DNA from: Macrostomum lignano
Lineage: Eukaryota
Length of the DNA stretch: 64,000 bases
Assembly (NCBI GenBank): GCA_002269645.1
Contig: NIVC01000631.1
Span: forward strand, 1 to 64,000
Direction: 5' to 3'
The notes beneath the pieces are model-generated. The model saw nothing but the letters and a program-made list of their open reading frames with translations. It searched no databases and had not been told where the DNA came from. The translations under genes were made by a program, and so were the position numbers. Positions within the stretch are counted from its first letter, which is position 1; each line of letters opens with the position of its first letter. Below, one piece after another: positions 1 through 14,300 of this stretch.

Positions 1-310
1 CGCTTTACTTCCAATCTCTCGCTCCACTTCCCAATCTCCCACTCTACTTCCCTAATCTCCCGCCTCTACTTCCCAATCTCCCGCTCCACTTCCCAATCCC
101 GCTCCACTTCCCAATCTCCCTTCTACTTCCCAATCTCACCCGCTCTACTTCCCAATCTCCCACTCCATTTCCTAATCTCCCGCTCCACTTCCCAATCTCC
201 CACTCTACTTACTTTCCAATCTCCCGCTCCACTTCCCAATCTCCCGCTCCACTTCCCAATCTCCGCTCCACTTCCCAATCTCCCGCTCCACTTCCCAATC
301 TCCCGCTCCA
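1..310. repeat. Intronic minisatellite, ~19-20-bp unit (CTTCCCAATCTCCCGCTCCA)
   Basis: About 15 degenerate copies, starting ~13 nt into the SPOP intron after the donor at 323. Confidence 0.9.
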
Positions 311-323
311 ATCCCCAGCTCAC

Positions 324-534
<211 letters not shown>

Positions 535-538
535 TCAC

Positions 539-693
539 CCATGGCTTTAGTCTCCTCGCGTTTGGCATTTAATAAAGAGAATTTAAATTTGGCGCGTACT
601 TCATTTTTACTGCCGCAACTGACTAGCAGAAGGTACAGCGACAGGTAGTCCTTGCTCTCCTCGTCTAAGCCTTTTGGATTGATGCGAAGGCAC
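539..693 (-). CDS. SPOP: SPOP exon, MATH domain
   Basis: [51 protein letters not shown]; tttccag| acceptor, |gtgagt donor; phases agree with both neighbouring exons. Confidence 0.95.
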
Positions 694-1289
694 CTGGAAA
701 TTAATAAGAGAGACAAAAGGGCGGTGTTCAATACTCGCAGGATCACAGAAATACACGAGGCCCTTTATTAACGAAAACAAAATCAGGGAAAGGTTATCAG
801 AGGCGACCAGACATTTTTTAAATTAAAATCTGCGCCTGAACAGATTCCTGGACAACTAACAGATTAGGAATTAATTCTGGATTGGAAACGAGACTTCACT
901 AATCTGCTTATGGATTGCTGCCCAGAATGTAATGCAATAAACTATTTCAATATTGAAAAAGCCACGATAGCTTACAGACAGATAGGCAGAAAGACACAAA
1001 AGCAATTTTTTCTTGATTGAAAATTTGCCATCTTTGTTCAATAATTTAACACGCATCACACCTTGACAAATGAGAGTCTTATTTGATATACGAGTGGAGC
1101 AAAGCCAGACACGCACACTAGAGTAGAACCCAGCTTAAAAAGCGCTGGATCCTTGCGCAGCAATTCACAAAGGACACTGGCGGGCTGACAAATTTGAAGA
1201 AGAAAAAACGAAATGAGTTTTCTGTGTCCTCTCTTGTCTGTTGTCTTTATTAGGCCTTAAGGCATCCCAAATAGGTGTTTGCACTTTAA

Positions 1290-1500
1290 GCGACATAGGC
1301 ACACAACCGGCGAGAGCATTGCTGCCCATTCCGCCGACTCCCCTGAGCAGACACACAAGCGCGCGATACGTACGCAGTGACACGCACAGGCACACACACA
1401 CAGCGGCCCTAACTTTATTTATCGTTAGGCATGTACACTTCACTGTGCCTTGGGGGTTGGCCCTCAAGGGCGTTAATTGCACGAGCAGAGTCAAGCCGAG
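1290..1500 (+). mobile_element. Dispersed ~200-bp repeat family, copy 1 (unclassified)
   Basis: Shares gcgacat...ctgagca...caagcg...cagcgg...catgtacact...gggggttggccct with copies at ~3725, ~10035, ~11170 (reverse) and ~45762. Confidence 0.7.
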
Positions 1501-2668
1501 ATTCCAATTTAGCCACAAATTAATGCGACTGCACTTGGAATCGAGCCTGGGCCGCTGGGACATCAGAGCCTGCGCTAGACCACTGGGCTACGGACCCGTT
1601 ATCCTACCGTTAATAGTAATAAATTATTAGTAATAAGTTCTTAAAAATACGCACATACTAGAAAATACAGACAAAAATACATAAATTTTTCACCTCTATA
1701 TGTATTTGACGCATGCACGTACCTAGTATTTAAATGGCCTATATGGAAGTGGATGGAAACAGAGGGATAAGCTTAAGAAAGAGCGCAGAGAAAGCAGCTG
1801 AGTCGCTGAGAAATCACCAATTAAATGCGGAGGCAGCAAAATCAGCAAAATCAGCCAAATAATTTTATACCAAAATTGAAAAAACGAGACTTTGAAATTA
1901 AAATAGCAGGTGCAGATTGCTCAATCTTGCACAAAGAAATAATTTTAAGAATGCTTTACAGTCTTACCATCTTTTATTTAATAAAGAACTCTGATAATAC
2001 ACAATAGCATTTTAATAGCAGACAACGATCAAAAATTTCTAGCGGAATTTTTTCGAGATTTTTTACTGCTGCATAAATATTGAAATTCTGCAAATTTTCT
2101 AATGAAACTCGTGCCAGTGTTAAAAACTATTTATTCAGCCCCAAAAATTGGTTCTGTAATTCCGATTGCAGAAAGTGTAAGGTCTCTCCACCAATCTTGC
2201 CAAGCTATTTTTAGGCAAACGAACTGTCCTGGTCTGGTCCGGATGGGCACCAGTTTGTGGTTGGGGGTTTGTCACTTCCATGTCCTCTAGTGCTCCCTGC
2301 TCTGGCCACGGAGTTCTGGATATAACTGTTTAAGCTATAGACGAGAATATATATATATGCTATACCAGGAACTCTGTGTCTGGGCTAGTTGAAGAAAGCC
2401 ACGCGACAGACCACCCGCAGGGCCGCCGCCCGCCCCCATGAAATTGAGTTTAGAAGAACGAACGCAAGGTTTTGTGTAAACAGAATCAAGCGACTAAAAA
2501 AAGCACTGGATGACATTAGATGGAAGCGATTCTAAAGTACTACTAAAACACATTTTAAGCCCCCGGGCCCCCTCCCAAGCGTCAAGAGATAGCATGCGTG
2601 TGGAGATGAGTTGAGGAGAGGAGAATAAAGGGGAAGTTAATCCCTCGTATTCATAGAATTATATGATT

Positions 2669-3055
2669 GAGTCTTACTACGATGTAACCATATAACTTGT
2701 TAGCGTCATACTTCTCAAACTTATCTCAGCAAGAGGATCAACCAATGCCGACAGTCTGAGTTTACTTCTGCACAGTTTCTACAATGAGGGGCTCAAGCTA
2801 GTCCACTATACTAAATATCTACTAAGCCCTATTAATTTCGCATTAGGTCAGGACAGCAGAGGCAGTGCTGATACTAGGGAATGAGTCTTACTACGATATA
2901 GCATTATAAATTGTTAGCGTCACAACATAAATCCTTAACTTGTCTAAGGTATCAACTAATGTCGAGAGTCTCTGTAAATCCCCCCCGGGGGGCTCAAGCC
3001 AGTCAACTATACTAAATATCTACTAAGCCCTATTAATAGCACACCAAGGACAGCA
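2669..3055. repeat. Local direct duplication of ~190-215 bp
   Basis: gagtcttactacgat...ggggctcaagc...actatactaaatatctactaagccctattaat occurs at ~2669-2850 and again at ~2883-3055. Confidence 0.85.
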
Positions 3056-3724
3056 TGCGTGTCAGCTAAGGTAATAGACGTCAGTAGCAAGCTTCCCGAT
3101 TCTCTATCACCCTTCACTGCGCCCCCCTTGTCATCGTTTCTTACTGACTCCGTTCTTTTCTTCTCTGGCTTGCGCAGTCTAAATCCCTCAAAAAAGTTTT
3201 CCAGGCCAGGCGCTGTCCCCACGCCCGCGACCCCAGAAACACAGTCGGCGACTCTGCTTCACCCTTTCCCCTCTTCCCTTCTGCTGCTATATCTGAGGCC
3301 AACTCGTGGCCTTACGCACTAGCCAGATCATCCACGCCAGTGTAGGGGGTGAGGAAGGTCGACACAGACAGATCGGAGCTGTTCGGGGTCACACACGAGG
3401 GCACGCGGGTGGGTAGCCGCCTTAGTTTTCTTCTCCGCACTCTCCTCCTCTCTGTCTCTTTCTCTTGCTTCCTTTGTTGTGATTATCCTCCAACTGATCC
3501 CGCGTGAACCCCATGCCCCCAGCCTGCCCTTTCAGGCCAGTTTATGCGCACTGAACTCGGCAGTGCACTATTTTACTATAACAAAAATCGGTTATATACT
3601 TTAATTTACATAGCCGGAACATACAAAACCAACCAACAATCCTACTGGCCTTATAAATAAATAAATAAAAATTGCAGAAATCTGACCGCTGCGTCTTTGG
3701 CGAAATCGTTCAACAAGCAGTTTT

Positions 3725-3900
3725 AAGGCAATTCTGCCCATTCCGCTAACTCCCTGAGCACATTCAAGCGCAAATACTGTACGCAGGCACACACTCATAC
3801 ACACGTCCACACAGGGTGTACAGCGGCTCTGAATTTCTAATCGTCAGACATGTACACTCCGTGTGCATTGGGGCTGGCCCTCATGGCTGTGAATCGAAGC
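3725..3900 (+). mobile_element. Dispersed ~200-bp repeat family, copy 2
   Basis: gcaattctgcccattccgc...ctgagcacattcaagcgc...cagggtgtacagcggctct...catgtacact...ggggctggccct. Confidence 0.7.
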
Positions 3901-4859
3901 CGGGGTCGTGGCACGAGAGCCAGAGTCATGTTTAATATTGAGTAACTCGGCCTTGTGACGTGTATGTCCTTTGTCAATCAAAACTATTGACTGTTCTGGA
4001 TCGATGTACATTTTACCAAGTAGTACTGTATCTTGCGCATATAGTGAGCATGAAAATTCACACTATATTGACGATACTATCTTACTGACTGTATTTTAAT
4101 GCCAGTATTAAGCCCAATCCACAATGGCAGGTTCTTTTCGGCGAAAATACCTTGACTTTGTCTGCATGTCATTTTCATTGCAGTTAAGCGACTTTACGAA
4201 GCGAAACCCAATCAAGAACCTGTAAGCCACAGAGTTTCGATGCATGACAGAAAGGAAGGGGAAGTCGGTGAATAAATTAGGACAACAAGACGAGGGGAAA
4301 AGAGAGAGAAAGATTTTGGCGCAAAGTCAAGGACACGCGAGGACAGGATGGACCGGAGGAGTGAATCGCAATCGAGGTCACAAGGATGCGATGCCGAACC
4401 CCTCCCAGAGGGAGTTTAACTATATATGACATGATATAAAATTTGAACCCATTTTTTCCCCTACAAATCAGTCCATTCCACCGACGCCTCTCTCTACTAT
4501 GTGCCTCCGTAGCTCTAATCTTGCATGCACTTTTACAAACTCTGCTTTCTCGAAAAAAATAAACGTACATGTGTACGCGTATGCTCACGCAAGAACGACA
4601 AACAATAAAAAAAGTTTAAATAAGGGCAGTCAAAAAAGACACCCGTAACCTACCCTAACACAGCAGTTTTTTCTTAGTTGCAATTCGCAAAAATCAATAC
4701 TTATATTCTAGTTTAGCTAGTGCAAACTTGCTGAGCTCAGTTGCTACTCAGAAAACAAGACTAGAAATTTTATCTAACTCAGCAGCAACAAACAAGATGC
4801 ACTTTTAACCAGAAGCTCAATAAACAACCATTTTCTTCATCAGCAGTTCTTCATTACCC

Positions 4860-5070
4860 CATAAGCATATCGCTATTACCCCCACCAAGAGACAGTCATG
4901 ACCCCATCAACAGATTATCATTACCCCATCAACAGATTATCATTACCCCATCAACAGATTGTCATTACATCAACAGATTGCCATTACCCCATCAACAGAT
5001 TGTCAGTACCCCATCAGCAGATCTTCATTATCCTATCAACAGATTGTCATTACCCCATCAGCAGATCCTC
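4860..5070. repeat. Intronic minisatellite, 22-bp unit (CCCCATCAACAGATTGTCATTA)
   Basis: About 9 copies beginning ~50 nt into the intron after the SPOP donor at 5119. Confidence 0.9.
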
Positions 5071-5119
5071 TTCCATATACGCATATCAGTATACAATCAA
5101 CAATTTCATTACCACTTAC

Positions 5120-5415
5120 CATTTAAATTTGTCATTCGGTCCGGCAGAGAAAGTAGAGGATTTGAGTACTTCGCCCATCTCCTCCCGACAGAAGCTGAAA
5201 TTATTGATGCTCCACATGTAGGTGAACTTGGTCACTTTCACCTGGGTGTAGCACCAGTTCTCAGCAACCGGGGCGCCGCCAAGTTCAGGCGGCTGGCCGG
5301 GACTTCCCGGCCGGGACAGTGGCGGCCCGCCCGCGGAGCTCGGATCGTTAGTCGAATCTAGCATAGGCGGCAGACGCAAAGGCGGCGGCTGCGGCTCCAT
5401 ATTGGCCGACAGAGC
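5120..5415 (-). CDS. SPOP: SPOP exon with likely ATG at 5400 and start of MATH domain
   Basis: MEPQPPPL...[53 protein letters not shown]; donor TG|gtaagt at 5119; candidate acceptor ccaag| at 5416-5417. Confidence 0.9.
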
Positions 5416-5499
5416 CTTGGTTTGATAGAGCAACTTTGTTATTGTATAGCAATAAAGGGCCTCGTAGCGGAATTATTTAATTTAAAAAAATTCGCATCT

Positions 5500-6690
5500 C
5501 AAGATCTGGGAGAGTAGCGGCCCAGTCTGAGGATCTGGGAGTAGCGGCTCTGTCTGAGGATCTAGGAAAGTAGCGGCTCTGTCTGAGGATCTAGGAGAGT
5601 AGCGGCTCAGTCTGAGGATCTGTGACAGTAGTGGCTCAGTCTGAGGATCTGTGACAGTAGCGGCTCAGTCTGAGGATCTGTGACAGTAGCGGCTCAGTCT
5701 GAGGATCTGTGACAGTAGCGGCTCTGTCTGAGGATCTGGGAGAGTAGCGGCTCAGTCTGAGGATCTGAGAGAGTAGCGGCTCAGTCTAAGGATCTGGGTG
5801 AGTAGCGGCTCTGTCTGAGGATCTGTGACAGTAGCGGCTCTGTCTGAGGATCTGTGACAGTAGCGGCTCTGTCTGAGGATCTGGGAGAGTAGCGGCTCAG
5901 TCTAAGGATCTGGGTGAGTAGCGGCTCTGTCTGAGGATCTGTGAGAGTAGCGGCCCGGTCTGAGGATCTGTGAGAGTAGCGGCCCGGTCTGGGGATCTGT
6001 GAGAGTAGCGGCCCGGTCTGGGGATCTGTGAGAGTAGCGGCCCAGTCTGAGGATCTGGGTGAGTAGCAACCCAGTCTGAGGATCTGTGAGAGTAGCGGCC
6101 CGGTCTGGGGATCTGTGAGAGTAGCGGCCCGGTCTGGGGATCTGTGAGAGTAGCGGCCCAGTCTGAGGATCCGGGTGAGTAGCAACCCAGTCTGAGGATC
6201 TGGGAGAGTAGCGGCTCAGTCTGAGGATCTGGGTGAGTAGCGGCCCAGTCTGAGGATCTAGCAGAGTAGCGGCCCAGTCTGAGGATCTAGGAGAGTAGCG
6301 ACCCAGTCTGAGGATCTAGGAGAGTAGCGGCCCAGTCTGAGGATATAGGAGAGTAGCGGCCCAGTCTGAGGATCTAGCAGAGTAGCGGCCCAGTCTGAGG
6401 ATCTAGGAGAGTAGCGACCCAGTCTGAGGATCTAGGAGAGTAGCGGCCCAGTCTGAGGATCTAGGAATATAGCGGCCCATTCTCAGGATCTGTGAGAGTA
6501 GCGGCCCACTCTGAGGATCTGGGAGAGTAGCGGCCCAGTCTGAGGATCTGGGTGAGTAGCGGCTCAGTCTGAGGATCTGGGTGAGTAGCGGCCCAGTCTG
6601 AGGATCTGGGAGGGTAGCGGCCCAGTCTGTGGATCTAGGAGAGTAGCGGTCCAGTCCGAGGATCTAGGAGAGTAGCGGCCCAGTCTGAGG
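5500..6690. repeat. Minisatellite, ~29-bp unit (CAGTCTGAGGATCTGGGAGAGTAGCGGCC)
   Basis: About 40 copies filling the putative SPOP intron 5416-6748. Confidence 0.95.
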
Positions 6691-6748
6691 ATCAATAACT
6701 AAATAAACAACACGAGGGCTACGATAAAGACAGACGGACCTGACTTAC

Positions 6749-7091
6749 CTGCGCTTGATGCAGCGGCTGCTGCTGCTGGTGATGATGATGAGGCTGATGC
6801 GGCGGAGGCTGTAGCTGCGGCTGGAGCGGCGGCGGCTCGGAACGATGGTGCGCCAGGCCGCTGTACAGGCTTGACAGCTGGTGCTGGTACTGCTGTTGGT
6901 GCTGAGGCTGGTAGTGGCTGTATTGACTGCCACTGCTGCGCTGGTGCTGCTGCTGTTGCTGATAAGAGTTCTGGTGCTGGGGCTGATGCTGAGGCTGCTG
7001 GGACTGCTGCAGAAGCTGCTGCTGCTGCTGTAGCTGGCCTAAAGACGAAGAGTCAGCCACGATGAATGCTTGGATTAAGCGCTTAACGCGC
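6749..7091 (-). other. Putative upstream SPOP exon, CAG-rich (polyQ/H/P reading frame; 5'UTR or N-terminal extension)
   Basis: Strong donor CAG|gtaagt at 6748 and acceptor tgcag| at 7092; open frame that would join phase 0 to ALSANMEPQ; no in-frame ATG. Confidence 0.55.
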
Positions 7092-8089
7092 CTGCACTAA
7101 TGTTAATAATGAACAAATTATCGAGAGAAGTTATCGTGGAAAATAATGAACTGAACTGGATGACACTTGAAACGAATCAACCCCAATGGCTTGCCGATTG
7201 CTTATAGTAATAATAATTTTGGCAATCTTGCTAGGTAAAATAAAATTTACAATCCTGATGTGATATGCTAATATTTTACTGTTTACTTGGTCCTAATCCT
7301 AACGACTGGCGCTTTAGATCGAAGCAGGAACACTACGGAGACCTTTTATACAATAATCTGAGTAGGGGAGAGAGAACTATTGAGAAAATGATAGAGAGAG
7401 AGAGAAGCCCGGCACTGGAGCGGTGCAGGGGGGGGGGGCGGCCAGCCAATAGCCACCAGTTAGCCAAGGACAGATTTTTTATAGATTGGCGGAGGGTGGG
7501 TTGGAGAAACTGGGGTAACGAGGGCAGGTTGGCCAGAGACTTAACGGGGAGGCAAGCGACGGAGGAAGCTGTAGGGGATAAAGAAGGCTGGCCCGCTAAA
7601 AATGGGGAGATATAGACGTGCTGTGCACTTTTCCAGCACAAGTGGAATGCGGGCTCCGGCTAGGGAGTGAGAAGTAGGAAGTAAAGAATACAAGCTAATA
7701 GAGTAGAAAAGTGCTTAGTGTATTTAGTAGTATAATCGATAACATTCTGCCTAGCTAATACTTGAAAAAGCCTATTAATAAAGCAAAGCAACTTACCTGA
7801 ACCAGAATTTGGCCAAGACGTCAATCGATAGAGCTATTTTCCTCGGTAGAAAAACCCTTAAGATCTTATGCAGAAAAGATAGTGAGCACGATTCTCATAG
7901 CAAGTGGCATGAAAGGTTCAATAAAAAGTTAGAACCAACCATCTTCATAACGCCTGATTTCCTCAGTGTTGGGCATCGTTAATGAAAATATATAATTTCT
8001 GCTAATACCTAAATCATTAGAGTTAAAATAAAAATAATTAGGCAATTCGAAGTTTAGTTCTTAGAAAGTTTAGGCGTCGCACGGTTTAG

Positions 8090-8460
8090 GTCTCATGAAG
8101 TTTGGGTCTTACGAAGCTTAGATCTGATGAAGATAGGTCTCATGAAGTTTTATAGGTCTCATGAAGTTTAGGTCTCATGAAGTTTAGGTCTCATGAAGTT
8201 TAGGTCTCATGAAGTTTAGGTCTCATGAAGTTTAGGTCTCATGAGGTTTAGGTATTATGAAGTTTAGGTCTCATGAAGCTTAGGCATTATGAAGTTTAGG
8301 TCTCATGAAGCTTAGGTGCTATGAAGTTTAGGTCTCATGAAGCTTAGGTGTTTTGAAGTTTAGGTCTCATGAAGCTTAGGTGTTTTGAAGTTTAGGTCTC
8401 ATGAAGCTTAGGTGTTATGAAGTTTAGGTCTCATGAAGTTTAGGTATTATGAGGTTTAGT
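8090..8460. repeat. Minisatellite, 16-bp unit (GAAGTTTAGGTCTCAT)
   Basis: About 22 copies with alternating variants. Confidence 0.9.
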
Positions 8461-10034
8461 TCTTAAAAAGTTTAATTCTTAGATAGTTAGGTCTTATAAA
8501 CAGGAACGAATAGTTTATGAATAAAATTACATAAATTCAGATTCGAAGCTTTATATTAGAATTATATTTTAAAAAAACAGAGCCTAGCCAGTCTCACTGC
8601 AATGAACACCACTAATACTCGTATAATTGCACTCAGTAACCTTTACAACTTAGTCAGACAGGTAGTACAATAATGTCGGTCCCAAGCCCCAGGCTAGTGA
8701 GATATGGTCAGAAAAAAAAGAATAATTTTATTAATAAAATTAAAGGCGCACCAAAAACCCCGACACTCGGTTTGCATTCCATCTGCAAGAAAGCCTAAAG
8801 ATTCTAGCGGCAGGCCAAGCAAGCGGATTCGTACTAGAGGGCTTTGAAATAAAATTTGCACTTTGCGCTATATATAACATTATATCTACATAGCTTACAT
8901 ACCATTAAAGCGTATCCCCTTACCCCACACACGATTCCCTATAATTCTCTATCTTGTGCGCGAGCAATTTTTTTTAAACTCGTGCACTTCAAATTCCAAA
9001 GCCTGTCAGCTTGTCCGCCCACGGATTATATTTAAGGACTGAAACGGACATGGAACTTTAAATATTATTCTCCTCTGGGTGAGACGGGCTTTGGTCGATA
9101 CTTAGCAACAGCTAGTGCGTTTTATGCATGCAAAAGTGACGTCATTCAGATCACCAGCCTGTTAAAGAACTCTTGGGGGCAGCTAATGCCCAGGCGTTCA
9201 TAACCACCAGCATTCTGCGGGCCAAGTATGCTGAACTCTGCTTTATGAAGTCCCAGACATGCTTGATGAGGGCTTACCATTGCGCAACACAGCAACCAGC
9301 GGGTTGCGTTGTGCCGACCCGGGACCCACCCCCATGCCGTACTTTGCGCTGGCGCCCTGACACGTGAGGGCGTAGCCGGGAGGGGGAGCAAGGAGGCCAA
9401 ACAGCTAGCAAAAGTACATGACATCCCCTATGGGTTAGAAAAAGTACATGGCGTCCACCCAATGAAAGCTTCCAATAGCTGAGCGAGACTATATGATGCC
9501 TTGATGGTTTAGCTTCTGTTGAGTACGAGTAAAGTGCATCAGTGAACTGTACTGGACTATACTTCAGGTCCCGACTGCATTGTGTGTATCGCATATACAC
9601 TTTTGAGATAGAGCGAATGATAAAATGACTTGAAAAACATTTCAAGCCAGCCTCGTAGGCACAGTAGAGGTTAAAAAAAGTCTAGTCACGAGATCCCGTG
9701 GGAGGGAGGGGGTTAAAGGCCGATACAACACCCGTACACGCACAGACGATCGCATGCTCAGGCATTTCTCCCAGGGCTCTTTCTTTTTGCAGAACAAAAC
9801 ATGTTTTCCAATTTACAAAGCCTATTCAGCTAAAGAACAGCGACAGAGATCAAAACACGACTGATGAAGTTCGCTCAGAACTGCATGCTATCCTAATTAT
9901 AATGCGGTACAAACAACAATATTTGCAGGAGGACTAAGAGCACCCTAGTGCAACGCTTTTGCGATGACTTAATTGTGTGGGGGTTGCCATAGCGAACAAG
10001 CCGTCCTAGTTCGCACAGACTTGAATCATGCGTA

Positions 10035-10150
10035 GGCGACATCGTCTCACATCAGACTGCTGAGCACATTCAAGCGCGCCAATACTGTAGGGTGTACAGC
10101 GGACCTCGGCTTTCTAATCATCGGACATCTACACCATCTGTCGTGCGATA
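10035..10150 (+). mobile_element. Dispersed ~200-bp repeat family, partial copy 3
   Basis: gcgacatcg...ctgagcacattcaagcgcgccaatactgtagggtgtacagcgg...ctaatcatcggacat. Confidence 0.6.
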
Positions 10151-11169
10151 AGGCTAATTAATTAATCATGCATTGTAAGCCTTATTCACAAGGACATACT
10201 AACCAAAACAGCAATAAAAACTAAAGGCTAAAAGGCCTATAGAGAAATTTATATACGCAATATGCGACAGTGCACTAAAGGTCGATTAGTTAGCAGACTA
10301 CCAATATGTATACATGTGCACTCCGCATCATGTTCAAGCTTCCACTGCGAAAACAGTGCTCAACAAATGGCAGCTTTTAATTCAACTCTATAGCCATAAC
10401 TCTCCGCTCTCTCCTCACCTAGTGACGAGAACTGTGGGTGTGGTGTAAATTGCGTCACTTGAGGCTGAGCTCTGGGAAAAGTTCTGGTTTCAGGGTGGAA
10501 ACTTTAGTTTAACGTGTTGTTGAGTATGTATACGAGTGAAGGGATATGGATAATCTGGAAAGTCAAGACGCCGATAGCAATCTATACTGAACATAGATAC
10601 TAAACAAGATTGAAAACCGCCCAAAAAAAGCTGAGGTCAATGGCTCTGCCAATGCTCTAGGGTGGCGGGTTTTCAATGCTGTTGAGTATACACACGTATA
10701 TCTAGTAAACCGAAGTCAATTACGTATGACACCGCCTGATTGCACTTTAAGGACAGAGCAAATCAGGAGGGCTATACTGCAGTAAACAGTTCAAATAGAC
10801 AGATACCACGGGGGATAGATTTCCTAATAGTAATCATCATATTTCCTACAAGACTGCTTGACAATCTCCCTTCGTTCTTTCCCTAATCAGTCCCCAACCT
10901 CCTCGACCCCGAGAGCTCGAAAAGAAATCAGAGAAGCATATATTGATTAAGACTGAAAGGGCTGAAGTCAAGCGTAAACAAGGGAGCATTAGTTCCAGTC
11001 CAGGGGACGCCAGGGAAACATATTTGGATAGCGGAGTACACAAACAGTATAAGCCACTACTTTATAACTACAAGTAGTAGTGTGTGCAAAGTTATGCAAA
11101 AATTTGTTGAAACTGTAAAGTTTGATACAAGGGGGCTGTAGCATGGTGGTCTAGGGTAACACTCTTAGG

Positions 11170-11335
11170 GCCAAAGCCAACCCCCAAGGCACAGTGAAGT
11201 GTACATGCCTAACAATAAATATAGTTGAGCCCGCTGTACACTCCTGTGTCAGTGTGTGCCTGTGTGTATGGCTGCGTACATATCTGGATGCTTGTGACAG
11301 AATGGGCAGTAATGCCTCTTGACAGTTGTGTGACA
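11170..11335 (-). mobile_element. Dispersed ~200-bp repeat family, copy 4 (reverse)
   Basis: gccaacccccaaggcacagtgaagtgtacatgcctaac is the reverse complement of gttaggcatgtacacttcactgtgccttgggggttggc in copy 1. Confidence 0.75.
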
Positions 11336-11339
11336 ATGT

Positions 11340-14300
11340 TGCTTTCTGCCTTTAATATTATTATTAAACCATTTAGTTGGTTACAGTATATTATGCTTTA
11401 GAGAACTAGAGTAATTGCTAGGGGAAATGGACAATTCTTTTTTTCCAAAATACAAGCCTGTCTCTTCTAGTCTTTTTAGGTCTTGGGGCATCACAGGGAT
11501 CTATGTCTAGTCTAAGGCTCTCATAAGGATAGCATTGTGTATGCAGATTCAGGGGCAGATCCAGAAAAATTTTGAAAGGGGGGTGGGCAAGCTATGCTAA
11601 GCACTACAACTCAATATTATAAAATAGACCTTGCATAGTTACAGGCCAAAAAATTATGGTCTAGATACAAATACAAAATCCCAAGTTTTGCCAATCCTAT
11701 GATTCTTGGGATTGGGATATTCTAGACTTCAAATACCATGATTCTTAAGATCAGGATATCTTAGACTTTGCCAATCTTGGGATCCCAACAAATTTGACTA
11801 AGATCCTAAGATCTTGTGATCTTGGGATTAAAAAAGTTTCGAATCTTTGTTAGTGCTAAATTTGGTTTACAAAGCCATCTAATTTGATTTTAAAGGGCTT
11901 TTTTATAATAAAAGTAGAATAAAATAAAACATTTTGCCAATTGCCATCATACTTGAATATGATGTAACTTGGAGAATGATAGCTTATAAAGCTATAGCAT
12001 AGGTATTTATATCAGGGTTTAGGGTAAAAAGGGATCAGCCTTTACTCTCTTAGGAGAATCTATCCTAGATAGAAAATTGGTGGCTTGGGTTATAGTTGAA
12101 TAGCAAGGTCCTACTGTTCTAATCCCAACTATAGCTAGGGTAGTAGTCAGGTTAGCTAGGTTTAGTAGAGACTACTTAAAGTCATTCTGCTATTACCCTG
12201 CTATATTGCTATATTGGATGTCTATATTGCTATGCATCTAGCATGTCCATGGAAAAAATCATGTAATATTAATCATCATTGCAACAACTTTTATTCCACT
12301 TTCTTTCTCTTTTCCTTTTACCTATCTCATTTGTATCCTATGTTGGCCTTCTATGGGGGAAAGATAGGCTGCAAGTTTGAATGTTTTTAGAAAGAGGTGG
12401 TTATATAGATTGGATTGAAAAGAGAAAGAAAAGCCAATAAGGCAGGTTTTGGGGTGGGGAATGGAAATCTAAATTGTTAGGACAAGATTGAGGTTTTGAT
12501 CATCATTAATTGAAAAAATATTAGGTCAAAATAACTTGATGCAATTGGGGTTCTTCACTTTTTAATGTTATTGATCCCTAGGCAATTGAAAAATTTGGCT
12601 ATTTGGCCCTTGCTTTGAAAAGGTTGCCAACTTATGCTATAGATACTATTATTTGAAAATCAATGACTGAATTATTGCAAAGTAGGATTATGATCCAGAT
12701 GGTTAATCTCAAGATTTTTAATCTTAGGATTTAGGTCTAATAAAAATCATGGGATTTAGGTCTAATAAAAATCTTAGGATTAGGAATAATATGATTTGGG
12801 ATTAATCTTAGGATTCCAAGATCTTAGGATTTGAAGATTATATTCTTTTTTAAAACACTATTAGAGATAAAATAGATAAATGGACTTGATATAAACTATT
12901 TTATTAGCATTAATCAACATAATAGTTTGCTAGGCCTAATCTAGGTGCTATAATATATATTAAAAATATATTTATAGATCTTATTATATAGAATTTATTT
13001 CTAACCTTTTTAAAGTAGGCCTATAATAAGATTTATGGCTTTAATAAAGTGAATATTTAAGTCAAATGATATTGTACAATCCTAATTTACCTTGCTTTAT
13101 AAGCTTACATTCTATTAATTCTAAAACTTTATAAAACTATTTATTATAGGGCCTATTAACTAAAGTGAGATAAAATATATATAATATTGATATTTTACCT
13201 TGAAACTAAAATGTCCTAGACTCCTAGGCCCTATTTAGTTTTTCAAAAAATATATTAGTCTAATTTCTTTCCTTGATATAAAATAAAGATTGACAGGCTT
13301 AACTTTTATATAATTGAATACTATTAGTATTAGGCATAAAAGGTTAAATGAAATTAGTCACTTATAGCTATAAATCCATAGTCCATTTTGTTACAGTTAT
13401 GCTAAAAATCTCTTACATAGAATAATTCTAGACAAAAATTAGCCTTGGCATAAATGCTTGGGTAAGAATTAATAGAAAATTGGATTGGCATAAATGGCTA
13501 GCGTAAAAACAATTATAGATGATCTTTTGGCACATTTCCCTGACAAGAAATAAATGTTGACTGTGGTTTTAATGACTATAGCTTATTTCAAGTATTTGAA
13601 TACAATGGAGAATTTAAATTTAAATTTAAACAACAACATTTTTTAGTATTTGTAAAAAGTAAAACAAAGTTTAAAGTCAAAAATTGTACTGTAAAAGAAA
13701 AAACTATATTATTATCTTTTTAAGACTTATGTTTATAAAGTTTTAATTACAATATACAAATGGAAGCATTAATAAATAAAAAAATTATGAAAAAGGAAAA
13801 TGTTTGTACAAAACGCCCTACACACCCCTTAGTCTAGGCATTATGCCTAGCCTGCGATGCATAAGCCTGGCATAAGTCTGGCATAAATGATAAAATTTTA
13901 TCATTTTTCCTCTCGCATAACTCAAAGCATGAAATGAACTATGGCTATGAATTTATCATATCCTCATAATTGTAACATTGATTTTATTAGAATTTATTCT
14001 AATATGCAAATCTGTTAATATATAAAAAATTACAGAGTACTTATAGGCATAGCTATAATCATCAATATAAAATGTGTGTTCTGTAGGGCCCTCTGATAAT
14101 CAAGTTGTGGCTTAGTGGGTATGTATATTGCCTTGTGAGTTGTGAGCAGCTAGGTTTGATTCCAAGTGGTCATAGTTTTTTTATTTGAATTTTTTTAGCA
14201 AACAGAAAATTTTCCATCTTGAACTTTTTAAGTTTAAAAAAATAATTAAAATAAATGAAAATAATTTTTTCAATTACATATATAATTGCAGTAGCACTTT

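Noticed and set aside
8675-8720. Twister ribozyme loop motif GGTCCCAAGCCC
   Set aside because: P4 pairs only partly, and I could not place the UAA cleavage segment, P2 or the GAGGG pseudoknot partner; at best a relic.
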